A stretch of DNA of 62,225 nt, taken from positions 1 to 62,225 of the forward strand of contig CANFNA010000001.1 of NCBI GenBank assembly GCA_947448395.1, written 5' to 3'. Each line of letters starts with the position of its first letter. Within the stretch, counting starts at the first letter, position 1. The translations under genes and the position numbers were made by a program. Positions 17,953-27,693 of this stretch are shown piece by piece. This DNA is from Chthoniobacteraceae bacterium (lineage in GTDB: Bacteria; Verrucomicrobiota; Verrucomicrobiia; Chthoniobacterales; Chthoniobacteraceae). The notes beneath the pieces are model-generated. The model was not told the DNA's origin and searched no databases. It saw only the letters and a program-made list of their open reading frames with translations.

Positions 17953-19857
17953 TTACTCAGTTTTGAATTCTGCAATTAGCCGCGTGTCGTTGGAGAGCTT
18001 GGAAAGCTGCACCATGGTGGCGGTGATTTCTTCGGAGGAAGCGGTGTTGGCCATCGCGATGTTGCGGAGCTGATCCACGTTGCCGTTGATTTGCGAGAGC
18101 GTCGCTTGTTGTTCGTCCATCGCTACGGCAATCGAGCGGACAGACTCTGTTGTTTCGCGAGTGGCTGTTGCAATTTCCTGCATCGCGTCGCCAACAGTTT
18201 CTGTGGCCTCCATGCCGCGTTGGGAGTCTGCGGCGGCTTGCTCTACGATATCCGCAATTTGGCGTGCGTTTTGCGCGGAACTCTCGGCGAGTTTTCCGAC
18301 TTCCTGAGCCACCACCACAAACCCTTTACCGTGTTCGCCAGCCCGTGCCGCTTCGATCGCAGCGTTGAGAGACAGGATGTGCGTCCGATTTGCAATCTGA
18401 GCGATCACTTGAGTGATCTGGTTGATTTTCCGGCTATTCTGGGCGATGGCCTCCACAATCGGGGTCAACTCGCTCACCGCGGACTTTCCTTTCTCAACCG
18501 AGATGGATGCGTTCTCCGCCTTTTGGCGTCCGGATGTCGCGTTTTGGGTTACTAACTTGATGGCTCCGAAGGATTCGCCGAGCGCAGAGGAAATTTGATT
18601 AAGCTGATTGGTTTGTAGTCTTGCTCCATCCGAGATTTGGCTGATGGCGGTGCTTGCTTCATCGACGGACAAGGCCGTCTGAGTCGTCATCGATCGGATC
18701 TTGCCCGCATTGCGCCGGAAAATCTCGAGGGCGCGAGCTAGTTCGCCAAGCTCATCGGTCCGGTTGGTTTCGGGAAGGTCGAAAGACGAATCCCCTTTTG
18801 TGAGACGCGAGGTCTTATCGGTGATGTCCCCCAAAGGAGTAATGAGAAGACGCGAAACAATCTGTGAAGTTGCTAAGCAGATGCCGATTGCGGAGATGCC
18901 AATCAGCATGAAGTAGAGATTGCGAAGTTGCCGGGGTTCATTCATCGCCTCCGAAAGCGACTCGCGGATCACGAGGTGCCAGGCATGACCTTTGTAGGAG
19001 CTGAAGCCGGGAAATTTAGAATAGGCAATGATCTGCTTTTCGCCGGACGGGAGGGTTTCCGTGAAAAAGCCCTTGGTTCCGGTGAATTTAGATGTTGGGA
19101 ATGCTGCGGGGCCTGCGGGGGTGCCGACGGCCGACTTTGGGAACTCTTCGAGAACTTTGCCGGAGCTGGAGATGATGGAAATTGCTGCGCCTTGACTCTT
19201 TGCTTTGAGGGTTTTATCCAAGCCGCCGAGCACCTCGCGAATGGATCGCTCCCAAGAAACGCGATTACTCCAAACGCGGATGGGTTTGCCTGAGGCGTCT
19301 ACGACAGGTGCGGAAAAGTTCAGGGAAAGCCCTTGGGACTTCATGATCTTTGAGAGGTTGGCATCGGCTGCGAGATCGCCGGCATAGCTTTCTGCGTCTT
19401 TGATTTTGCCGCTGATACAGTCTTCAAACCAAGGCTCTCCTTTGACACTGGTGCCGATGATCGAGGCCGTATCGAAGGGGCGTCCCTCTGGGTCTTGGTT
19501 ATTTGCAGCGATGATTTTGCCGCTGGCATCCGCGATGATCATCAAGTCGTAGTATCCGTAGGACTTGGTGTAAAAATTAGCGGCTTTGGTTGCGGCCTCT
19601 GGCGATTCTGCGGCGCCTGGATGGAAGACAAATGCCTGAACATCGCCGTAGCGTTCGAATAGAAGACGGTCGATTTTGTCTGCGACCTGTTCCGTAGCGC
19701 CTGCGAGTTCCTCTCCCTCGGCGTGTTCACGCTGGGAGTAGGACTTCTGAATGGCGATGAAACTGCAGACGAGGAGAGGAATCAGGGCGATCAACAAACC
19801 GCTGACCACGATTTTGAAACCGATGCCCTTGGCGCCGTATTGGGATTTTTCTGACAT
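17953..19857 (-). CDS. methyl-accepting chemotaxis protein (double-Cache-like sensor, HAMP, MCP signalling domain)
   Basis: TM1 [22 protein letters not shown] periplasmic region of about 270 aa has Cache-like motifs ([18 protein letters not shown]...[17 protein letters not shown]). TM2, then HAMP ([14 protein letters not shown]). Conserved hairpin tip [34 protein letters not shown]. No C-terminal NWETF-type pentapeptide. Confidence 0.9.
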   Translation of the reverse strand: MSEKSQYGAKGIGFKIVVSGLLIALIPLLVCSFIAIQKSYSQREHAEGEELAGATEQVADKIDRLLFERYGDVQAFVFHPGAAESPEAATKAANFYTKSYGYYDLMIIADASGKIIAANNQDPEGRPFDTASIIGTSVKGEPWFEDCISGKIKDAESYAGDLAADANLSKIMKSQGLSLNFSAPVVDASGKPIRVWSNRVSWERSIREVLGGLDKTLKAKSQGAAISIISSSGKVLEEFPKSAVGTPAGPAAFPTSKFTGTKGFFTETLPSGEKQIIAYSKFPGFSSYKGHAWHLVIRESLSEAMNEPRQLRNLYFMLIGISAIGICLATSQIVSRLLITPLGDITDKTSRLTKGDSSFDLPETNRTDELGELARALEIFRRNAGKIRSMTTQTALSVDEASTAISQISDGARLQTNQLNQISSALGESFGAIKLVTQNATSGRQKAENASISVEKGKSAVSELTPIVEAIAQNSRKINQITQVIAQIANRTHILSLNAAIEAARAGEHGKGFVVVAQEVGKLAESSAQNARQIADIVEQAAADSQRGMEATETVGDAMQEIATATRETTESVRSIAVAMDEQQATLSQINGNVDQLRNIAMANTASSEEITATMVQLSKLSNDTRLIAEFKTE

Positions 19858-20121
19858 GGGTGGACGATATTTCGGAACTATCGTTACCCCATCTTAGCCG
19901 TGATAGCGAATACAATGCCTAAGCTTCAAAACCTCCAAATATCTGATAGTCGAAAGCTTAAACAGACTCCTCAAGTGCTTCGTTTTCAGGCTTCTATGAT
20001 TGCGAGGTAGGGACAAAGTACAACTAGTCTGGAGGGCGTTGACTTGTTAGACAAAGCCCAAGGCCCTACAAAAACTCCTGCCAACATCGCGACGGTGTCG
20101 GTTTTCAGCTTGAGCAAATCC

Positions 20122-22875
20122 TTAACGCACAGCTCCAGATTGAGGCAGGCTCTTTAGCCAAGCCAGGATGTCCGCAATTTTTTGGGCATCGAGACCGAGT
20201 TGTGAGGGTTCGTACATCAGTGATTGGCCCTTCATTGGGACGACGGATGCGATCTTTGCTTTGGGAACCGTTTGTTGGACACCGCCGACGCATTGAATCA
20301 TCAGTGGATCGCCGTTCGAAACGATCATGCCGTAAATGATCTTTCCGTCCTTGGTTTTGACGATGGAGCCTTCGTATCCGTGCGAAATATCGGCACTCGG
20401 CATGGAAATCGCCTGTGCGATGACTTCCTTGGTTTGCTGTGAGGCAAAAGCGGTGAGATCCGGCCCAAACTCGATCCCCTGATCTCCAATTCTGTGACAC
20501 ATGAAGCAGAGCGATCCAGCGCTTTTCCCGCGACCGACATCCCCCTGAAGTTTCGCAATTTCAGCCGGACTTGGAAGGGTTGGCGCATCTTTGGGCGAGG
20601 GAGGAGGTTCAGAGGAGACGAGCTGAATGGTTTCCGGATCATAGACGCCGGAGGCCTTTAACTTGTTAGCCAGTCCGTGTTGAGACCAGAGAGATTGGTT
20701 GTTGTGTAGTAGCCACCACACCGCTGATTCCTTGCCAGGCAACCCTTGCTCGGCTGCAACCTGCAACATGGCGTTGGCAGCGGACTCAGAGGGAATAAAA
20801 CCAAGGGCGGTGATCAGCATTTTGCGCTGAAGAGGATTGGTTTTCGTCGACGCAATCTGCGCCTGAATTCCTGCGACAGATTCCTCTGGGTGAAGTCTCC
20901 AAGCAATCCCGGCGAAAGCGTCCGTCCAAAGGTCCGAGGAAGTGCCCATGCTTTTGCTCAGTTCAACATAGACTGCACTCTCCTTCCCTTCACAGCCCAA
21001 CCCGAAAGCTTCGAGATAGGCGCGGTCTTTCCCGTCATACTGTTTCGCGATTTTAACGAGTAGCGGGAGGCTTTTGTCTGCGGGTACATTGCGGAGACTC
21101 AAGGCCACCTCGCGGCGAACCGAGGCGACAGGGTCATCAACCATTTTCGTGGCGAGTTTCAACAGGTCTTCGCCGGCGTGTCGCAGCGCACGATAAGCAA
21201 CCAGTCGCTTACCGGCGTCCTTGGACTCGAGAAGCGGTGTGATGTGGTCACGCCCCGTCTGGCCCATTTGAGCCAGAAGCCAGATGGCTCTCGCGGACAA
21301 GTAGGGGTTTGGATCCTTGAGAACTTCCACAACGGCAGGAACCGCTTTTGCACCCTGCGCTTTGAGGCGGGAGAACCCACTCCAGCGAACGTTGTTGGCC
21401 GGACTTTTGAGCGCCGTGATTTGGCCCTCGGTCGTATTGAGATCGATCGTTGGGATTTTGGATTTAAATCCTTTTGGAGCGATCCGGTAAATCGTCCCAG
21501 TCCAATGATTATCCAAGGTTTGGTGCCCGCCCACGCGGGCATCGAACCAGTCCGCCACATACAACGCGCCATCAGGTCCCACGACCACATCGCTGGGACG
21601 GAAAAAGGTTTTCAACTCAATGGACGGTTTACCTCCCAGAAAGTCAGAGCCTGCAAATTGCTTTTCTTTATTGGAGGTTAGGAAATCGAAGCGCTCGAGC
21701 TTCCATCCGGCGCCATCCGCTTTTGGGAAATAGCCGTAGATGACATTTTTCCCTGCTTCGCACGCGAGAAGCATTCCCTGCCACTGATTGCCGAGGGCGC
21801 CATTTTCGTAGAACGCAACGCCCGTGGGTGAGCCACCTCCATACACATCTCCAACAGGCATGGACCCTGGGTCTTCTTGACGCCACTCTGCAATCGGGAC
21901 GCTCTGACCGGGTCGACGGTCGGCTTTCCAAGCCCGCTTTCCGTCAAGTGATGCGAACCCAGCATTACCCCCTTCCATCATAGCGCTCACGCGGCAGGCT
22001 GGTGGGTCGTCGTTATCGCTCTGATAGACATCCCCTAAAGAATTGATGGTCTGTTCGTAGCTATTGCGGAAGTTGTGACCAATAATGGAAACGTTTGTTC
22101 CATCTGGATTCATGCGTGCTGAAAACCCTCCGATCCATACGTGACCATCATCACTTTTCTGCCCCGCGATCTCCTGCATCATATAAGGACTGCCCATCCG
22201 GAATGTCCGACCTGAGCGGTCTGTGAACTGCGCGCCAGTATTGCCCTGATTCCAATACCACTTTCCATCGGGGCCTCCCGTGACGCTGTGAAGGCTGTGG
22301 TCGTGTTGGAGTCCGCCGAATCCGGTGAGTAGGATCTCCTTCTTGTCGGTGGCCGGATCAAAGATGCCGTCACCGTTGACGTCGGTGAAGACAATCATGT
22401 CTGGGGGCTGGGAGACCACGATCTGGTGTCCAAAGACACCCACGCCCAAGGGCGACTGGAGCGAGGGATCTTGGAAAAAGACAGTGTGTTTGTCTGCCTT
22501 CCCACTTCCAGTGGAGTCCTGCAAGACTACGATCCTATCGCCCTCCGGTCTCCGACCGGCGGCTTTGCGGTAGTTCACACCCTCCGCCACCCAAAGCCGG
22601 CCTTTTTCATCAAAGTCGATATTGGTGGGATTGTAGAGATTTGGAGACTGCGCCCAGACAGTCACCTCTAGTCCCTCAGGGACAGAAAACAGATTGGTTG
22701 GGACGCTGACAGGGTCTCCCGCTTCAGGCGAAACAAGAAGGGATGCAGGTGGTGCTGCCGGAGTCTCCTTGGACTTCGAGTTATCGGCGGAATAGACCGG
22801 AGGGACTGATGATGCGAGAGCCAGCGAGAGAGAGCTCAAAAAAATAGCGTTTGGGATCGTGGAGATTTTGGACAT
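20122..22875 (-). CDS. secreted beta-propeller dehydrogenase-domain / HEAT / c-type haem-binding protein (paralogue of 247..4272 without the ThuA and NPCBM modules)
   Basis: Signal peptide. It aligns by eye almost residue-for-residue with the C-terminal ~860 aa of the 1341-aa protein (FSVPEGLEVTVWAQSP...GRLWVAEGVNYR...SDNDDPPACRV...ADWFDARVGGH...). CFMCHRIGDQG haem motif. Confidence 0.85.
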   Translation of the reverse strand: MSKISTIPNAIFLSSLSLALASSVPPVYSADNSKSKETPAAPPASLLVSPEAGDPVSVPTNLFSVPEGLEVTVWAQSPNLYNPTNIDFDEKGRLWVAEGVNYRKAAGRRPEGDRIVVLQDSTGSGKADKHTVFFQDPSLQSPLGVGVFGHQIVVSQPPDMIVFTDVNGDGIFDPATDKKEILLTGFGGLQHDHSLHSVTGGPDGKWYWNQGNTGAQFTDRSGRTFRMGSPYMMQEIAGQKSDDGHVWIGGFSARMNPDGTNVSIIGHNFRNSYEQTINSLGDVYQSDNDDPPACRVSAMMEGGNAGFASLDGKRAWKADRRPGQSVPIAEWRQEDPGSMPVGDVYGGGSPTGVAFYENGALGNQWQGMLLACEAGKNVIYGYFPKADGAGWKLERFDFLTSNKEKQFAGSDFLGGKPSIELKTFFRPSDVVVGPDGALYVADWFDARVGGHQTLDNHWTGTIYRIAPKGFKSKIPTIDLNTTEGQITALKSPANNVRWSGFSRLKAQGAKAVPAVVEVLKDPNPYLSARAIWLLAQMGQTGRDHITPLLESKDAGKRLVAYRALRHAGEDLLKLATKMVDDPVASVRREVALSLRNVPADKSLPLLVKIAKQYDGKDRAYLEAFGLGCEGKESAVYVELSKSMGTSSDLWTDAFAGIAWRLHPEESVAGIQAQIASTKTNPLQRKMLITALGFIPSESAANAMLQVAAEQGLPGKESAVWWLLHNNQSLWSQHGLANKLKASGVYDPETIQLVSSEPPPSPKDAPTLPSPAEIAKLQGDVGRGKSAGSLCFMCHRIGDQGIEFGPDLTAFASQQTKEVIAQAISMPSADISHGYEGSIVKTKDGKIIYGMIVSNGDPLMIQCVGGVQQTVPKAKIASVVPMKGQSLMYEPSQLGLDAQKIADILAWLKSLPQSGAVR

Positions 22876-22966
22876 CGGGAGAGTTTCTACAAGAAGGCTG
22901 GGCGGCGTATGTAAGAGTGGTTCCAGGAAGAATTATTAGGACGTTTTACGGCCCGCATAGTGTGAG

Positions 22967-25900
22967 TTATGACGACTTTTTAGAGGCTGGCTTTTGAGAG
23001 GGGGGCCGAAATGTCTTTGGATGGTACACGCCCATGGTTGGGCCCGACTGAACAATCAGAGTGGTACCATCCGGGCTGATAGAGAGTACCTCAGGATGAT
23101 TTTCAGGTTGGGAAGCGAAGCCTCTCAATTCTTCGAGCATACGACCTGTACCCAGGTCCCAAATGCGAACGGTCAGATCTTCGGATGCGGTGACTAAAAA
23201 CGGCTTTTTTGGGTGCCACGCGAGAGCGGTGACAGGACCGTCGTGGGCTCGAAACTCTTGCTCGATCTCCAGCGTCCAAGAATTGCGGATGCGGATTCGC
23301 TGGTCATTTCCTGCTTCTGCTAGCTGTTGTCCGTCTGGGGAAGCCTCAATGGCAAAGGCATCAGGAGTATCCAATGTGAATATCCGCTCTCCGGTTCGCG
23401 CGTCCCAAACCACAATGCCGCGTTCCATGGCGTCCTCGGGGGCGCCCGGCCAATCGGCCTTTAGCATCGCAATCTCCGCAACTCTTCCATTGTCGAGCCA
23501 TCGAGAAGCGCCCATTCCAACCGGCGGAAATTCGACGTCGGTGCGTTGCATCCTGCAGATAGGCGCTCCGGACGCGGTGTCGTAGATGGCATCTCCGTTC
23601 CAAAGAGCATCACCTGAAGGGCTGAGCTGGAAGTGACGTCCTGTGACGGATATTTCGGCTTTGAGAGTTTCAGAGAGTGCTCCTTGCTTCACGCGATAAA
23701 TGCGCGTTGGTTTCCCGAAGACAGCTACCTGGTCGCCAACCTGATTTTTACAAATGAGGGGGCTGTACTGGGCGGGAAACCCAAGTGATTGAATGGGCTT
23801 CTTATCGAATTCTGCAGAGCCAATTTGGAGGGAGTCTAATAACCATGTATCCTCCTTTTTCGAGAAGCGTGCGATCCTTCCAGAGGTGCTCAGGAAGGCA
23901 AACTGCGAACCGATACTGGTGAAGGTTTGCTCCGGCTTAGAAAAATTGAAATGCCACACACGAAGGCTGCTTCCATTGATGACCGCGACATCGTCGGTGT
24001 TGGGATGCACGGCCAGCTTCCAACCGCCTTTCAACCCTCCGAGAATCGGGATGGTTTTGAGGAGCATGCCGCTTTGTCCGTGCCAGTATTGCAGGAGGAC
24101 ACAGCGATCTGAACGAGAGGCCAGCGACACTAGGGTCCCAGTCCCTTGGAGGTACCCTAACCCTTTTGCTTCTAGCATTCGATTTTCAAACATCAGCTTG
24201 CCAGTGGCGGGATCAAATTTTCGCAAAAATTTCGCCGGACTATTTTGGAAAATAAATGCACCGGTCCAGTTGGGTGATGCCGCAAAAAGCCAGTTCGCCG
24301 CGGAGGAAATACTGCCGGCAGGAAACGGAACCTTCCCCAAGGACTTCACTAATTGTCCGGAGCGCGCATCTAACTCCAGAACTCCCTCCCGATCCGAAAG
24401 CACACGCATCGCTTTTCCATCTTCGGAAAACTCTCCAAGCAACGTTCCCGAAGGGTCTCGTTCCCAAAGAAGTTGTCCGCTGGGAACGGCCCAGACCTGA
24501 AACCTCTGCAATCCGTGATCCGCAGTTCTACTCTCGCAAAGCAATGACGTTCCATCTGGGCTGAAGAGCAGGCGAAATGCGCCGCTCGGCGGGAGCGTAA
24601 TTTCGCATAGTTTCTTTTCAGTGGAGATCTGAAAGACCTCGATTCGAGAGGACTGGACCCGTTTGACTTCGCGACTGTTGTGAACGAGAGCCAGTTTGGA
24701 ACCATCTTTCGAGACCGCGAGGACATCCACCATACCGGTCGGATTCACCTTCCATAAATCCGCGATGTGTCCGGTCTTCAGATCGAGGCTTCGGATCCAC
24801 CCATTCGGCTGGAGAGTGATGAATTTGCCCGGATTTTTTGGATCTGGAGTGATGGCCATCCAAGGCAGTCCGTCTTTCGCAACGACGTTTAAATCCGCCG
24901 AGTTCAGCTTCTTGCTGAGGTACTCCCACTTTTGGTCGCGGAGATCTTCCGGAACCTCTGCTAAGATTCTTTGCATTTCCTCACCGTCCGAATCGCGCTC
25001 TGCGGCCTCAGCCAGAGCGATATGCGCCACGGTGGCTGTTTCTCTAGCGCGTTGTTTTTCTTGGAGCGCTCTCTGCGCGCTCGCTTCCGCGGCTCGCTCG
25101 CTTGCAATCAGACGCAAAGTGAAAGCGATAGTTCCGATGATCGCCAAGGCCAGGGTTGTCGACGCTACCTTGTGTCGTTTCATCATCAGATATAACTGCC
25201 TCATCGGGCCGGCTTCCTCCGCTTCCGTTGCATGCCCAGACAGGTACGCGTCGATTTCCTCTTCAAGTTCTTCAACGCGCCCATACCGCAGTTCGCGGTC
25301 CAGCGACATGGCTTTGCGCGTTACCGCTTGGAGCGCATCGGGAATCCCAGTGTTCCTTGGCCATGGCTCGAGGGATCTTCCTTCGTTAGTCTTTGTTGTG
25401 GCTCGCCATGGTTCCATGGACGTGAGGACGCCTGTACGAACCTTCGTGAGCAATTCCTCGAGTGTTTCTGCTTCAACGGGAGGGCGGAGCGTTAGAATAG
25501 AGAATAAAATTCCACCCAATGAATAAATGTCAGAGCGGGAATCGAGTTCAGCGACGCGTCCCTGAGCTTGTTCTGGCGACATAAACTGCGGTGTCCCCAT
25601 GACCTCGCCGTCCATGGTGGTTCCAAAATCAGCGGCCGGCTTCTTTTCGATGGAAACGAACGATTTCAACGCCGGGGGAGCGCCGGCGTCCTCCTTTTCC
25701 GCGATAAATTTCGCGAGTCCCCAATCCATGACCAACACCTCCCCGAATTCTCCAACCATCACGTTGTCTGGTTTGAGGTCGCGATGCAAAATTCCCTTCG
25801 AATGCGCGAAAGCCATTCCGTCACACACCTTTTGAAAAATCGACAGAAGGCGCGGCAAACGGAAAGCCCGCCTCGTTTCCGGATCACCTTCGCGTAGGCC

Positions 25901-26626
25901 GTCTAGAATATCCTGCAAACTCCGTCCCTTAACCAACTTCATGCTGTAAAATGGGAACCCGTCTTCGTCGCAGCCCATGGCATGAATGGGTACTATGTTC
26001 GGATGCGCAAGGTGTGCCAGGACCTTGGCTTCCTTCACAAATCTCGGATCCATGCCTTCGGCTGAGCGGCTGACCTTGACTGCAACCTCGCGGTCCAAGT
26101 GAGCGTCTTCTCCGCGGTAAATCAGTCCCATTCCTCCGGCCGCAATCTCCTTTTCCAGGGCGTAGTGAACATGTGTTCCAGCGTTCCGCACAAACCGAGC
26201 TGAAGGATTCGAGGAAGAATCCGAGTGCAAAAAGTTAGCGGCCGTACTTCCTAGAAAAGTGAGCCCGAACAAATTTTTGGATTTCTTCTCAGAGCCCTCG
26301 GAGTTCTCCGGTTGCGAGGTGACCTCTTTGATGGAGAGAATAGCCGGACCGAGATGGATGGTTGCGGGATAGGGAACCTCAACCTGGTCGCTAATGTCAT
26401 AGCCATTCACCAACGTGCCGGTTTGGCTTGCGAGATCCTCGACAAGAATCCGTCCGCTCTCCAAGCAGAGACGCGCGTGTCTGGGAGCTACGGAATCTGA
26501 TGGGATGTTCCAGTCGCAATCGTGAGCGGCCCCTGCCACATAGATCCCTGCTTCGGCGGTCCAAGAGCGGGAATCTTCGAGTGGCAACTGTAGATCGATC
26601 TGAAATACCCGCATCATGCCTTCCAT
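22967..26626 (-). CDS. FHA domain / Ser-Thr protein kinase / transmembrane / WD40-like beta-propeller protein
   Basis: N-terminal FHA-like segment (APRHARLCLESGRILVEDLASQTGTLVNG). Hanks kinase motifs (GGMGLIYRG...VAVKV, ILHRDLKPDNVMV, VMDWGLAKF, GTPQFMSPEQ). TM helix STTLALAIIGTIAFTLRLI. The C-terminal ~650 aa hold WD40-type repeats ending ...VRIWDL. Confidence 0.85.
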   Translation of the reverse strand: MEGMMRVFQIDLQLPLEDSRSWTAEAGIYVAGAAHDCDWNIPSDSVAPRHARLCLESGRILVEDLASQTGTLVNGYDISDQVEVPYPATIHLGPAILSIKEVTSQPENSEGSEKKSKNLFGLTFLGSTAANFLHSDSSSNPSARFVRNAGTHVHYALEKEIAAGGMGLIYRGEDAHLDREVAVKVSRSAEGMDPRFVKEAKVLAHLAHPNIVPIHAMGCDEDGFPFYSMKLVKGRSLQDILDGLREGDPETRRAFRLPRLLSIFQKVCDGMAFAHSKGILHRDLKPDNVMVGEFGEVLVMDWGLAKFIAEKEDAGAPPALKSFVSIEKKPAADFGTTMDGEVMGTPQFMSPEQAQGRVAELDSRSDIYSLGGILFSILTLRPPVEAETLEELLTKVRTGVLTSMEPWRATTKTNEGRSLEPWPRNTGIPDALQAVTRKAMSLDRELRYGRVEELEEEIDAYLSGHATEAEEAGPMRQLYLMMKRHKVASTTLALAIIGTIAFTLRLIASERAAEASAQRALQEKQRARETATVAHIALAEAAERDSDGEEMQRILAEVPEDLRDQKWEYLSKKLNSADLNVVAKDGLPWMAITPDPKNPGKFITLQPNGWIRSLDLKTGHIADLWKVNPTGMVDVLAVSKDGSKLALVHNSREVKRVQSSRIEVFQISTEKKLCEITLPPSGAFRLLFSPDGTSLLCESRTADHGLQRFQVWAVPSGQLLWERDPSGTLLGEFSEDGKAMRVLSDREGVLELDARSGQLVKSLGKVPFPAGSISSAANWLFAASPNWTGAFIFQNSPAKFLRKFDPATGKLMFENRMLEAKGLGYLQGTGTLVSLASRSDRCVLLQYWHGQSGMLLKTIPILGGLKGGWKLAVHPNTDDVAVINGSSLRVWHFNFSKPEQTFTSIGSQFAFLSTSGRIARFSKKEDTWLLDSLQIGSAEFDKKPIQSLGFPAQYSPLICKNQVGDQVAVFGKPTRIYRVKQGALSETLKAEISVTGRHFQLSPSGDALWNGDAIYDTASGAPICRMQRTDVEFPPVGMGASRWLDNGRVAEIAMLKADWPGAPEDAMERGIVVWDARTGERIFTLDTPDAFAIEASPDGQQLAEAGNDQRIRIRNSWTLEIEQEFRAHDGPVTALAWHPKKPFLVTASEDLTVRIWDLGTGRMLEELRGFASQPENHPEVLSISPDGTTLIVQSGPTMGVYHPKTFRPPSQKPASKKSS

Positions 26627-26640
26627 TGATGCCAGAATCG

Positions 26641-27684
26641 CTAATTAGCCGCAACCTCGCCTCCGAGTCTGAGTACGTGCGCAGAGATTCCGGCAGGGAG
26701 CCATTCAAGTTGCGTTGTGGTGATAATTTGTTGTGCGGTGGCGGGCAATTCGCGCAACAGGGCTGTTCGACGATGTAAATCGAGTTCGCCGAAAATATCA
26801 TCCAGAAGGAGCAGTGGAGGCGCTCCAAAGTGCGCCTCAAGGAAGCGGGCGGCTGCCAGTCTTAGGGCCAGTGCTAGCGTTCGCTGCTGGCCCTCGGATC
26901 CCAGAGTCGCTGGATGGCCCGCTAGCAAAAGGTCCCAATCATCCCGATGCGGGCCGACCGTGGTTTGACGAAGCCGCGCATCTTCAGCTCGTGCCGCGAA
27001 AAGCGTGGCCGGAAAATTAGCATCTGTGCCGGATGAGAACGTCGCATCAACCTTCTCATAGCCTCCGCTAATCGAGGTGTGGGCAAGTTGAACTAGGGGG
27101 CGAAGAGACGTTGTTATTTCCTGCCGAATGGCAGTCAGCACTTCGCCGGCGGCGATTAGCGGGGCATCGAAGGCGGTGATTTCCTTCCAGCGCGGCGCGG
27201 CCGATTTGAGGAGGAGATTCCTAGCACGTAAGGCGCGGGTGTAATCGAGCAAGGCTTGACGATACTCGGGGTAAGATTGGACCGCGACGAAGTCGAGGTA
27301 GCGGCGCCGCAAGTCGCTCCCACCGCGAATGAGTTCGATGTCGGTATTGGAAAACCAGATGACGCGAGCTGACTGTAGGTATTCGGTAGCAGAGCGTTGT
27401 TCTACGGAATCGAGAGCGAGCTTCTTTCGAGACGGGCTATAATAAAACTGGAGATGCCGGCCGCCATAGTGGCCGTCGACGAGGAGGCCTCGCGTTTCAT
27501 GTTGAATCAGCTCCCCAAGACGCGAAGAGCGAGGGGATTGGAGGCGAAGCAAGACACAAGAAGCCTCCAAAAGAGAGGTTTTGCCGCGCGCATTCGGGCC
27601 GATAATGAGGTTAAGGCCCGGTTCGAATCGAGCGGTGAAAGACTCGAAACAACGGAAATGGCCGACTTTCAGATCCGTCAGCAT
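26641..27684 (-). CDS. recF: DNA replication and repair protein RecF
   Basis: Walker A IIGPNARGKTSLLEA, RRRYLDF...YTRALRARNLLLK, GPHRDDWDLL, signature-like SEGQQRTLALALRLA, Walker B LLLLDDIFGELD. Length 347 aa. Confidence 0.9.
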   Translation of the reverse strand: MLTDLKVGHFRCFESFTARFEPGLNLIIGPNARGKTSLLEASCVLLRLQSPRSSRLGELIQHETRGLLVDGHYGGRHLQFYYSPSRKKLALDSVEQRSATEYLQSARVIWFSNTDIELIRGGSDLRRRYLDFVAVQSYPEYRQALLDYTRALRARNLLLKSAAPRWKEITAFDAPLIAAGEVLTAIRQEITTSLRPLVQLAHTSISGGYEKVDATFSSGTDANFPATLFAARAEDARLRQTTVGPHRDDWDLLLAGHPATLGSEGQQRTLALALRLAAARFLEAHFGAPPLLLLDDIFGELDLHRRTALLRELPATAQQIITTTQLEWLPAGISAHVLRLGGEVAAN

Positions 27685-27693
27685 GGTGATTCC

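Noticed and set aside
26641-27684. The possibility that the RecF-like ATPase is a defence-system ABC/AAA ATPase (Gabija, Septu or PARIS-style) rather than true RecF, given that it is separated from dnaN.
   Set aside because: The full-length pattern matches housekeeping RecF throughout (RRRYLDF, ARNLLLK, GPHRDDWDLL, SEGQQRTLALALRLA, LLDDIFGELD). No nuclease or effector partner gene is adjacent.
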